The notes under the pieces were generated by a model, which worked only from the letters and a program-made list of their open reading frames with translations, was not told the origin of the DNA and searched no databases. A stretch of DNA of 64,000 nt from Vairimorpha necatrix (taxonomy: Eukaryota): positions 558,001 through 622,000 of the forward strand of contig CP142732.1 in the NCBI GenBank assembly GCA_036630325.1, written 5' to 3'. Every line of letters starts with the position of its first letter. Position 1 is the stretch's first letter. Shown here in pieces: positions 1-8,857 of this stretch. Made by a program: the position numbers and the translations under genes.

Positions 1-411
1 AATAAAAAAGTCATGTACGAAAATGTACCATACATTTTTACTAATGACGGAGCATGCTTTAAATATTGTGATCCTGCTATTAATATTAATGATACTGTTA
101 AAATCGATTTAGAAACTAGATTAGTAGTGGATTATGTATCGTTTAAAGAAGGTGATGTCGTCTTTGTAATGAGAGGTGAAGACACGGGAAGAGTGGGAAT
201 TATAAAGAAAATACAGAATACGACAGTAATCTGTGAAGATTTGTCGAATAAGGAATTTGAGACATCAATTGATTCAATGATTGTTATTGGAGATAATGAA
301 GAGAGTTTACTTATTAGTTTACCAGAAGAGAAAGGAATTAGACTTACAGCACTTGAAGAAAGTAATCTTAAATTTGGAGAGATCGTGGAGAATGAAGTGG
401 AAGTCAATTAA
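1..411 (+). CDS. RPS4: 40S ribosomal protein S4 (eS4), C-terminal part; 5' end lies outside the window
   Basis: [26 protein letters not shown]-like [13 protein letters not shown] and [12 protein letters not shown] match the eS4 C-terminus; frame is open from base 1. Confidence 0.9.
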
Positions 412-524
412 ATTATTAACAATTTAAAAAATCGAATTTTTCGTATATTTTAAGTCTATTTACTAATAGTATGTAAAAAAGTTTATATTTTGATGTGTTT
501 AATGGTTATTATTTTGGTCAAAAT

Positions 525-1079
525 ATTCCGCACTTGTGGTGACTCAATGATACTAACAGTATCTGCTAGGTATAACCTAACCTAATGATACTAACAGTAT
601 CTGCTAGGTATAGCCTAGTTAGATCCATGAGTTAACTAAGAGACTAGACGGAGAGCAAAAGATGGTCTCGTGTGCCTATCCTACGTGATTATGTAAATGG
701 TGGCCGAAATTAGACGTCGACGCAGTCTCTTAAGATGCCGGGCTGGTGATGTGGCGATGTACAGAGACGGGTGTTGAATACTTTTGATTGTAGGGATCTT
801 TGAGCTAGACAATGATGTCTCTTCTCGGGCTTATAGATAACCATACCTGTTAAGTATATACGCTATGAGGCCACACTGGGCGGGATTTGAGGTATAAATA
901 GAAAATGTTCTCTTGAAACCAAAGTATAATGTATACGGCGGAGCTTGTTGGCGGTAAGTTATATGTAGGGAGTTTTAATATGTAAGAATTTCACATCACC
1001 AGTTTGAATGGAATTACATCCATATCTTCTAGTATCTATGTAAGGGGTATCCTACTTCTTACTTGCAAAGAAAAAAAAA
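525..1079 (+). mobile_element. 5'-truncated copy of SINE-like element (homolog of 14641-15430)
   Basis: Colinear shared blocks (ACTAAGAGACT.GACG, CCGGGCTG.T.ATGTGGCG, TAGGGATCT.TGAGCTAG, AAGAATTTCACA) and identical end TACTTGCAAAG + oligo(A). Confidence 0.65.
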
Positions 1080-1340
1080 TTCTTTAAGCCCTATTACTGT
1101 TGCATAAACAATACTAAGAAATAATAAGCATGTTCAAGGGCACTTTCTTTCAGACTTGGCCCTTTATTTTCCCCGTTAGTCTAGTCAGAACCTCTCAAGG
1201 CTCTTTTGGGATATACGCTTGGTATAGTCAGTAAATTTAACATCATTTTGTATCTAGTATCAATTTAGAAGGAAAGCTTCGTTGATTATAGTTTTATCTC
1301 TAAGCTAATGTCTAAAATATTGATACTAAATGATATATAG

Positions 1341-1378
1341 TGTTAACCATTTATTTATTAAGGGTTCTAAACCCTACA
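1341..1378 (-). repeat. 3' LTR (38 bp)
   Basis: TGTAGGGTTTAGAACCCTTAATAAATAAATGGTTAACA on minus strand, identical to 4378-4415. Confidence 0.95.
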
Positions 1379-4300
1379 TCCCCCCTCCAGACGGGTAGTC
1401 TCTCCATCTTCTAAACAACTCTTCCTTATCTCTTTCAAATCATAATGCCTCTTTTTAACAATTTTACCATCCAGTAGTCTCACAATATATGAATCATTTT
1501 CACTTATAGCTACGATCCTTCCGCGACCCGTGAATCTTCCCTTGTCTGTTTTCGCACGTGTACCTAAATTTTCTCTCCTAGCGATTCTTACCTCTTGGCC
1601 TACTGTAAATGTCTCTCTGTGTCTTCTCTTGAACCGACCAGCATATTTTCCATTTTCATCATTTTCAATTATAACTTCAGCAGTTTGATCTCTCCACGCT
1701 TCCATCGGCGTACATTTTATTGCTGTATGTAGTGTATTATTATATCCTTTGATTGCTCTTTCTATCTTTTCAGAAATATTCCCATCATTTTGCTTTATCA
1801 ATGTCTCTCTTATAGTTCTGATGCATCTCTCGATTCTACCATTACTCCTATGAGCTTCTAAGCCCACTTTCCTATGTTTAATATCATTAATACTACACCA
1901 TTCTTTAAATCTATTACTTACAAACTCTTTTCCGTTGTATGTCACATATTCCTCTGGAAATCCATCTTCCCTTATCCACTTTTGTAATACCTCTATAACT
2001 TCACTACTCTCTTTACATCTCAAATTCGAACCCCACAACCTTCTAGTAAAGTAATCAATACCCAGTAACACATACCTATTCTCTCCACCTATGTCCATTA
2101 AATCCAACGCCACTTTCTCCAATTTCTTTCTAGTTACTACGAAATCACATCCTCCTGTGTTTTTCCTATTGTTAATCCCACATATTTCACAATTCTTAAT
2201 TACCTTATTAATATGATCTTTCATACCAGGCCAATACCATCTTTGTTTAATGTTATAATAAGTGCCTTTGACACCTCTATGGTTTAACTCCTCATGTACT
2301 CTTGTTATTTCATGTTCTCTACTATCTAGGCTCAATATCTCTTTCACCTCACCTGTGGAAAATTCCCAATACTGTTTACCGTCCTTTTCTTTAATATGTT
2401 TCTGCTTTTTTCCCAAAATTTGTTTTTCGATCACTTCTTTTCTCTTGTTGTCCTTTTCTTTTTGTTCATCCGAAACTTCTACCTGATCATACTGCCTACT
2501 TAACGCATCTGCATCTGTCATCAACTCCCCTTTCACATACTCTATTGTAAAGTCAAACTCTTGTATCTGTTCTACCCATCTGTTTATTCTGTTATTATTG
2601 AAGTATGGCTTATTTCTGATCTCTGCTAATGCTTTATGATCCGTCATCAAATGAAATTTCCTTCCTCTCAAATCACTTTCAAACTTCTTTATTCCAAAAA
2701 ACACCGCCAACATCTCCTTCTCACTTATCGTATATCTTCGCTCGGTAGGAGTCAACATTTTCGATGCCCATTGTATCGGAATCCACTCACCCTCTTTATT
2801 TTCTTGTAATAGAATTGCTCCGATCCCCGTATTACACGCATCAATTCTTACTCTAAATAGCTTTTTTCCGTCCGGAATCTTCAACTTTTTCATATCTCTC
2901 AAGCCTTGCTTCATATCCTCAAAAGCTCTTTCCATATCCTCCGTCCAATTCCACTTAACATCTTTCTTTAAAGCCTCAGTAAGCCTTACTGTTCTATACG
3001 CATAGTTGGGAATAAAGTCTCTAAACCAACCAGTTAGTCCTAAAAATCTTCTTAACTCTCTAACATTCTCAGGTTTTCTATATTCCAATGTCTCCTGCTT
3101 TTTAATCTCATTCGGTCCCATGACCTCCCCATTAATTGTTACTCCCAGCAACATCACCTCATCTTTTTTGTATTGTATCTTTGTTTGGTTTATTCTCAAC
3201 CCACACTCTTTAAACTTTTTAATTACCCTCTCTAGTAACTCGTCATGCACTCTTACGTCTTTACCATGAATAACTATATCATCCATATATACTTCCACGC
3301 CTTTACCTCTGAATTCATCTAAAACTCTGTTCATTACTCTCTGCATTATATGAGGCGAATTCTTAAACCCCATAACCATACTATTCCATTCGTATACTCG
3401 ACCATTCACTTCAAATGCTGTTTTGTGCTTATGGTGCTCCTCAATCTCAATATGATAAAACCCTTCTTTTAAGTCGATAACCGTAAATACTTTTGACCCC
3501 TGTGTGGCTCTCATAATATCCTTAATTAACGGTAGTGAGTACGGGTCCTTGTCAACCAAATCGTTTAACGCCATCAAATTGCTTACCAATCTTACGTCCC
3601 CATTTGGTTTTTCAAGTGCTCTTATTGGACTCCTCCACTCACTTTTGGAACGTCTTATAACCCCTCTATTTTCCAACTTATTCAAGTACTCCTCAAATTT
3701 CACCCTAAGGTAGTATGGCACATTCTGCCCTCTTTTCACAACCTTTTCACCTTGCTTAGTATTTATTGGACACTTCTCTCCTGTGAGATATTTTATCTTT
3801 TCTTCTGATTCTTTAAAAACTTCCGGATACTTTTCAATTAAATTTTCTAACTTATTTACTGTTTTACATCTTTTCCCTTCATTGTTGATAATTGGTTCTT
3901 TCTGTAAAACTTGTTCCTTTTTAATTTTATATTTTTCCCTACCAGCCACACTTTCATGACATTCTCTAGCGTAATGCCCTTCTTTCTTACATATAAAACA
4001 TTTTGTAGTTTCTCTGATTTCTCTTCTTTTCCTATACATCCTAAGATTTTCTTTTCTTTCTTCCCTAAACTCTTTCAACACTTTATCCATAATCTCTTTA
4101 ATCATTTCTTGTCTTTCTTCTGACTCTCTCTCAAATTCTGCTCCTTTTTGTAAGCCTTTATAAATTTCCTCCCAACTGCTCCTTCCGTCACAAAAATTTT
4201 CAAAAATATAATCCTGCAAGTTCGCAGATGCCAAATCCATAACATCTTTCCACTCAACTTTCTCAACTTTCAATATTAACTTTAGTCTCTTATCTATCCT

Positions 4301-4387
4301 AATTGCCTCTTTCTCTAATGTTCTAGCCTCTTGACTACGGGACTCTCTTGTTTCCCTGTTCATCCTTGTGTTCGCCATGTTAACCAT
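1367..4387 (-). CDS. Gag-Pol polyprotein (short Gag, CCHC knuckle, RT, RNase H, integrase); no protease motif
   Basis: CFICKKEGHYAREC; IDLKEGFYH, MGFKNSP, YMDD; IDACNTGIGA; HEELNH...CEIC, LDLMD, SNGRIERC. Confidence 0.95.
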   Translation of the reverse strand: MVNMANTRMNRETRESRSQEARTLEKEAIRIDKRLKLILKVEKVEWKDVMDLASANLQDYIFENFCDGRSSWEEIYKGLQKGAEFERESEERQEMIKEIMDKVLKEFREERKENLRMYRKRREIRETTKCFICKKEGHYARECHESVAGREKYKIKKEQVLQKEPIINNEGKRCKTVNKLENLIEKYPEVFKESEEKIKYLTGEKCPINTKQGEKVVKRGQNVPYYLRVKFEEYLNKLENRGVIRRSKSEWRSPIRALEKPNGDVRLVSNLMALNDLVDKDPYSLPLIKDIMRATQGSKVFTVIDLKEGFYHIEIEEHHKHKTAFEVNGRVYEWNSMVMGFKNSPHIMQRVMNRVLDEFRGKGVEVYMDDIVIHGKDVRVHDELLERVIKKFKECGLRINQTKIQYKKDEVMLLGVTINGEVMGPNEIKKQETLEYRKPENVRELRRFLGLTGWFRDFIPNYAYRTVRLTEALKKDVKWNWTEDMERAFEDMKQGLRDMKKLKIPDGKKLFRVRIDACNTGIGAILLQENKEGEWIPIQWASKMLTPTERRYTISEKEMLAVFFGIKKFESDLRGRKFHLMTDHKALAEIRNKPYFNNNRINRWVEQIQEFDFTIEYVKGELMTDADALSRQYDQVEVSDEQKEKDNKRKEVIEKQILGKKQKHIKEKDGKQYWEFSTGEVKEILSLDSREHEITRVHEELNHRGVKGTYYNIKQRWYWPGMKDHINKVIKNCEICGINNRKNTGGCDFVVTRKKLEKVALDLMDIGGENRYVLLGIDYFTRRLWGSNLRCKESSEVIEVLQKWIREDGFPEEYVTYNGKEFVSNRFKEWCSINDIKHRKVGLEAHRSNGRIERCIRTIRETLIKQNDGNISEKIERAIKGYNNTLHTAIKCTPMEAWRDQTAEVIIENDENGKYAGRFKRRHRETFTVGQEVRIARRENLGTRAKTDKGRFTGRGRIVAISENDSYIVRLLDGKIVKKRHYDLKEIRKSCLEDGETTRLEGGCRV

Positions 4388-4415
4388 TTATTTATTAAGG
4401 GTTCTAAACCCTACA
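4378..4415 (-). repeat. 5' LTR (38 bp)
   Basis: Identical to 1341-1378; followed on minus strand by TGG PBS. Confidence 0.95.
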
Positions 4416-4702
4416 TATAGTAAACTAAAATAATGCCTGAATAATATTGTCTCGGGTTGGGTTATATCCACAATAACAACAATTAAACTACTAAATATGA
4501 TTTAAACCATCCAAGATATTCAATTGCAGAAAATTGCCAAATAAATATAGTTCTTCTTCAAATAAAAAGCCTTTTTCTTAAACTAGCTCTGTTCTGATGG
4601 CAAATTTTTTCTACTACTTGAAGTTTGCTTTTTTCATGCTATTTTTTTTCTTTAAATATTTTTATTTTTGATTTTGTTTGTTAACAAACAAACTCCTTAA
4701 TC

Positions 4703-5932
4703 ATGGGCGACAACATCAAGACGTATGTCCGTATCAAACCAGACACTGACAACCCCGACTTCCTTATCAAAGGCAACATAATTATCCACAACGACAAGCC
4801 TCTAAAGTTCGATAAAGTCTTTATTGACAGTTCCCAAAAAGAGTTGTTTGATGTCGTCTCTGAAGACATTTTAGTATCCACAATGCAAGGATACAATTGT
4901 ACAATATTCGCCTATGGTCAAACTGGCAGTGGTAAGACATTTACAATCCAAGGTAAAGAGAATAATCCCGGCCTTGTTCAAAGATGTTTATGTTTCTTAC
5001 ATAATTTAAATTTAGAGATTAATTTATCTTTTATAGAAATTTATAATGAAAACATGATTGATTTATTAGATGATACTAAAGTGCTTAATATTAGAGATGA
5101 TCCTGTTAATAGCGTGACAGTTGATAATTTGACTTTAGTTCGGCCAGTAGATTACGAGTCTTCTTTACAATATTATGAAAATGGTATTAAATTGAGAAAG
5201 ACTAAGAGTACGAATATGAATATTGAGAGTAGTAGAAGTCATTCTGTTTTTACTATTTATATAAAAAATATGTCTAATAATATTTTGAAAGAATCAAAAC
5301 TTTCATTTATTGATTTAGCAGGTTCAGAAAGACTTAAAAATTTAGAAATAGAAAATTTGAAAATTAAAGAGACGGCGAATATTAATAAATCTTTGTTTTG
5401 TTTAGGCAAGATTATTTATAAGCTCAGTGAAGACAATAATAAACACATAGGATACAGAGACTCAAAGTTGACATTTTTACTTAAAGATTCTTTAGGGGGA
5501 AATTCCAAATTGCGAGTAATTGGAAATGTCTGTTTAGAAAATAAACTTGATACACAAAATACACTGAATTTTCTTTGTAGATTGAAGATGATTAATAATG
5601 TGACATTTATAAATAGTAATTTTACAGAGAATATACCAGATTTACAAAATCAGATGAAAGCTTTAGATCAAGAAAATCAAAAATTGAGGACTAAAATAGC
5701 ACTTTATGAGACAGGGAATAGAAAGATAGAGAAAGAAGAAATTGATGAGTTTAATTTTAATATTTTACAATTAAAAGGGCATATGAAGAATGTCATAGAA
5801 GATTTTAAGGAATTGGAGAGAGTTAGAAAAGATTTGGATTTATTTGAATATGAAGTGAAGAAGAAAGTCATTTTAGATTGTGAAAAAATATACAAAGATT
5901 TATTAGAAACAAGAAATAAAGAAAACCCTTGA
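4703..5932 (+). CDS. Kinesin motor protein with short C-terminal coiled coil
   Basis: FAYGQTGSGKT, SSRSH, DLAGSE, YRDSKLTFLLKDSLGGNS. Confidence 0.95.
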   Translation: MGDNIKTYVRIKPDTDNPDFLIKGNIIIHNDKPLKFDKVFIDSSQKELFDVVSEDILVSTMQGYNCTIFAYGQTGSGKTFTIQGKENNPGLVQRCLCFLHNLNLEINLSFIEIYNENMIDLLDDTKVLNIRDDPVNSVTVDNLTLVRPVDYESSLQYYENGIKLRKTKSTNMNIESSRSHSVFTIYIKNMSNNILKESKLSFIDLAGSERLKNLEIENLKIKETANINKSLFCLGKIIYKLSEDNNKHIGYRDSKLTFLLKDSLGGNSKLRVIGNVCLENKLDTQNTLNFLCRLKMINNVTFINSNFTENIPDLQNQMKALDQENQKLRTKIALYETGNRKIEKEEIDEFNFNILQLKGHMKNVIEDFKELERVRKDLDLFEYEVKKKVILDCEKIYKDLLETRNKENP

Positions 5933-6101
5933 AAATTTATTTTTTATTTTTTTTATTATGTTTTTTAATTTTATTTTTATGCGGCTAAAATTTTTATTTC
6001 ATTCTTTTTTTACGCTGCGTCTTTTTTATGCATTAAATTTTTTTATCTTTTTTTTATACAGCCTTTTATGCGTTAAATATAGTACCCCTTCAGATCGTCT
6101 T

Positions 6102-6153
6102 TTAAATTGTGTTGTCTTTTTAAATTGTGTTGTCTTTTAAATTGTGTTGTTTT
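6102..6153. repeat. Three tandem 17-bp repeats (TTTTAAATTGTGTTGTC)
   Basis: Directly visible just 3' of the TFC4 stop. Confidence 0.85.
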
Positions 6154-6154
6154 T

Positions 6155-8857
6155 TTAAGTCGTCTCATCCTCGTCATAGAGTTTCTTCAGTAAATGACTG
6201 TTGTTTTTCCTGTACACAATCATCAGGCTCAGTCTCCCCATTCTTCTCAATTCCTTATTCTGACTCTTCATAGCTTCTTTATAATATTTCTCTGCTATTC
6301 CCACATATCCAAGTGTATGATAAGTCACTCCTAAATTATAACATACATTACAATATTCTTCCTTATTTGATTCCTCTAATAACTTCTTTAATCCATTTAT
6401 TCCTTCTTTTAACATTTCATTTTTCGTCTCATTATTTCTACATTTATAAGTTATTATTAATATCAAATAATACGTCATTTTATCTCTAAAATTATCATTT
6501 AAAACGATATCTTTTAAAATTTTATAAGATCTCTTGGCAATATTCTTTACAAAAAAACTACTCAGTAAAATATTCAAATCTAAGTTTTTATAAGTTGAAA
6601 TAGCAGCATTTTCTTTATTTTTTAAACATTGTCCATTTCTTTTGTAAGTTCTTCTTATGTTCATTTGAATGTTCCCGTAGCTTCTTTTTAAAATGTAATC
6701 TGGGAAGAAATTTAAAAGGTAGAAATATAAATTTGACCACGAATAATCTCTGGTAACTTTGATAGCTTTTTTTATACAACTTGTCAAGAAATGTAAGTCA
6801 TTATAAAAAATACAGTGTTTTATGGTCATGAAAATAAATTGAAGATAAATGTCTTGTCTCTTTTTGAAAATCTCGCATTCTAGAGATTTCTTAAGAAGAT
6901 GCGAAGCCTCTTTAAGATTTCCTTTTTTAATATTTGAGATTGTAAATTCTAAGAGGACAGCAGACCATTCGTCAATATTTAGACCAGATAAACTTAAATA
7001 TCTAACATGTGTGTCATTATTAGAGCTAATAGCAGACAAATTCTCAATTAAATTGGAATCTTTTGTAAAAAGCTTGTGCTTTTTATATTTTGGAAAAATT
7101 AACCTGTTCTCTAAAAATTCATCTACTAAAGGTCGTACTGAGACAAAATACTCTTCATTTCTATTTTCTTTAAATAATACGCGGCTTTTCGTGTACAAAT
7201 CTCTGTTTTCATTACACTTTTCTTTTGAACATTCAAATTTATTTTTATTTTCAATATCATCCACGAAATTTATTAAAGACGCCACTGTGCAGAATTTATT
7301 CGCCAAATCGACATTGCCTAATTTTTTATAAATTTCGTATAAATTTGTCTTCACTGAATTTAGATCAGGATTTATTTCTAAAATCTTCTGGTAATAAAAA
7401 AGCGAATTATTTAAGTCGCCTTTTTTGTAATAAAAATCGGCTTTGCTTTTATAGACAAATTCTCTCATGTCTGTGACTTTGTGTTCTAATTTGTTTAATA
7501 TTTCGAGGTATAAGTCAAACATGGACAAATTTTCAAGTACTTTAAGGAGGCCTTTAATGTATTTTGACTCTTTGAAATTATTCCAGAAATATTCGTCATT
7601 TATTAAAGACTCTAAATCTGTAAATGAGCAATCATTTGACAATATTGTATTAATATTCAATGTTTTACTGTATGATTTATCTTTACTAATAATATTTTTA
7701 AAAACACTTCCTTGAGCTTCAAAAAGTGACTCTCTAAATTGAGCATCTTCAAAATTATCAAGATCTTCGATATCATCACTTTTATCTTGTATCTCTTCAT
7801 TTTTAGTAGTGTCTCTATTTATAAGTACACAAATAATGTAAATTATTCTTATATCTTGTGTCATTTCACTCGTATTAATCAAATATTTCTCTATCAAATT
7901 TCTAGTCCCGTAAAAATATCCTGTCTCATATTGAAGCCTAATAATTTCACACAAGAAACCTAGGCCGCATTTATTAGGATTTTCTTTAAAATATTTTATA
8001 AGCAAAAGCGCACACTGGCCTGTTCTTCTTTTGTGTCTGGTCTCATTTCTTATAACATTAAAAATATTGAAATCTACACCATCAAAATAAAATAACTCTA
8101 TTTTAGTCTCTAAAACTTTATATTTATACTTTAATATCTTATAAATCTGCAATTTCTCGACGACTAGTTCTCTAGTATTCTTATTTCTCTGTAATTTCTG
8201 AATAAAATAAAGTTTATCTAATAACAAATTATATTTAGTGCTTAATTCGTAAAGTTTATGCCATAATTGATAATTTGATCTCATGAGTTGAGAAGAAATA
8301 AGAAAAAAATTGTAAGATTTTAAATCATCTTTCAATTCTTCGAAAATTAGTCCCAACATGAAATATGCATTAGGATTCTTAGGATCCAAAGAAAGAATTG
8401 TTTTAAGAAGTGAAATGCAAGTAGGAAAATCATTTCTGACGAATGAAGTGTTTGTAAGAGAAAATAAGCGCTTTATTTCTAAATTTTTGTCTTTTTTAGA
8501 TTTGAACACGCTGACTGCATTTGGAACATCTTCTTTATTTTTAATAGTTATGTCATTATCTGATGAAGACATGTTTTGACCTTGTTCGTCGTACTTAACA
8601 AGTTTATTAGTATTTTCAATTAAGTTTGAAAATTCCTTGTCATTTTTATGATCTTCCATATTTATTTCATGACTATTTGAAATTTCTTCTTTGTTTGTTT
8701 CAAAAATTTCGAAAAAATCTTTATTTGGTTCAAACATATTTAAAAAATTTTCACTTAGTTCAAATTTATCTTCTTCGTTTATTTCATCTTCGCTCATGGA
8801 GTCAGACAAATTTAACAATTTTTTATTATCTCCTCTCTTTAATTCATCTTCTGCCAT
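6155..8857 (-). CDS. TFC4: TPR protein, likely TFIIIC subunit Tfc4/tau131 (GTF3C3)
   Basis: Acidic N-terminus, TPRs (LDPKNPNAYFMLGLIFEE), C-terminal YNLGVTYHTLGYVGIAEKYY typical of Tfc4. Confidence 0.75.
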   Translation of the reverse strand: MAEDELKRGDNKKLLNLSDSMSEDEINEEDKFELSENFLNMFEPNKDFFEIFETNKEEISNSHEINMEDHKNDKEFSNLIENTNKLVKYDEQGQNMSSSDNDITIKNKEDVPNAVSVFKSKKDKNLEIKRLFSLTNTSFVRNDFPTCISLLKTILSLDPKNPNAYFMLGLIFEELKDDLKSYNFFLISSQLMRSNYQLWHKLYELSTKYNLLLDKLYFIQKLQRNKNTRELVVEKLQIYKILKYKYKVLETKIELFYFDGVDFNIFNVIRNETRHKRRTGQCALLLIKYFKENPNKCGLGFLCEIIRLQYETGYFYGTRNLIEKYLINTSEMTQDIRIIYIICVLINRDTTKNEEIQDKSDDIEDLDNFEDAQFRESLFEAQGSVFKNIISKDKSYSKTLNINTILSNDCSFTDLESLINDEYFWNNFKESKYIKGLLKVLENLSMFDLYLEILNKLEHKVTDMREFVYKSKADFYYKKGDLNNSLFYYQKILEINPDLNSVKTNLYEIYKKLGNVDLANKFCTVASLINFVDDIENKNKFECSKEKCNENRDLYTKSRVLFKENRNEEYFVSVRPLVDEFLENRLIFPKYKKHKLFTKDSNLIENLSAISSNNDTHVRYLSLSGLNIDEWSAVLLEFTISNIKKGNLKEASHLLKKSLECEIFKKRQDIYLQFIFMTIKHCIFYNDLHFLTSCIKKAIKVTRDYSWSNLYFYLLNFFPDYILKRSYGNIQMNIRRTYKRNGQCLKNKENAAISTYKNLDLNILLSSFFVKNIAKRSYKILKDIVLNDNFRDKMTYYLILIITYKCRNNETKNEMLKEGINGLKKLLEESNKEEYCNVCYNLGVTYHTLGYVGIAEKYYKEAMKSQNKELRRMGRLSLMIVYRKNNSHLLKKLYDEDETT

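Larger units (their letters stand above)
1341..4415 (-). mobile_element. Complete minimal Ty3/gypsy LTR retrotransposon (38-bp LTRs, TSD TATAG)
   Basis: Identical TG...CA repeats 1341-1378 and 4378-4415; TATAG at 1336-1340 and 4416-4420; PBS TGGCGAAC next to 5' LTR; purine tract GGAGGGGGA next to 3' LTR. Confidence 0.95.

Noticed and set aside
132-407. Short antisense ORFs overlapping real genes (also 2262-4123, 6849-8963, 18928-21735, 37569-37787, 42736-44412)
   Set aside because: Shadow ORFs on the opposite strand of well-supported CDSs; low-complexity F/L/S/I composition
571-585. Telomerase RNA template
   Set aside because: Lies inside a local duplication within a repeat copy and is absent from the homologous copy at ~14900
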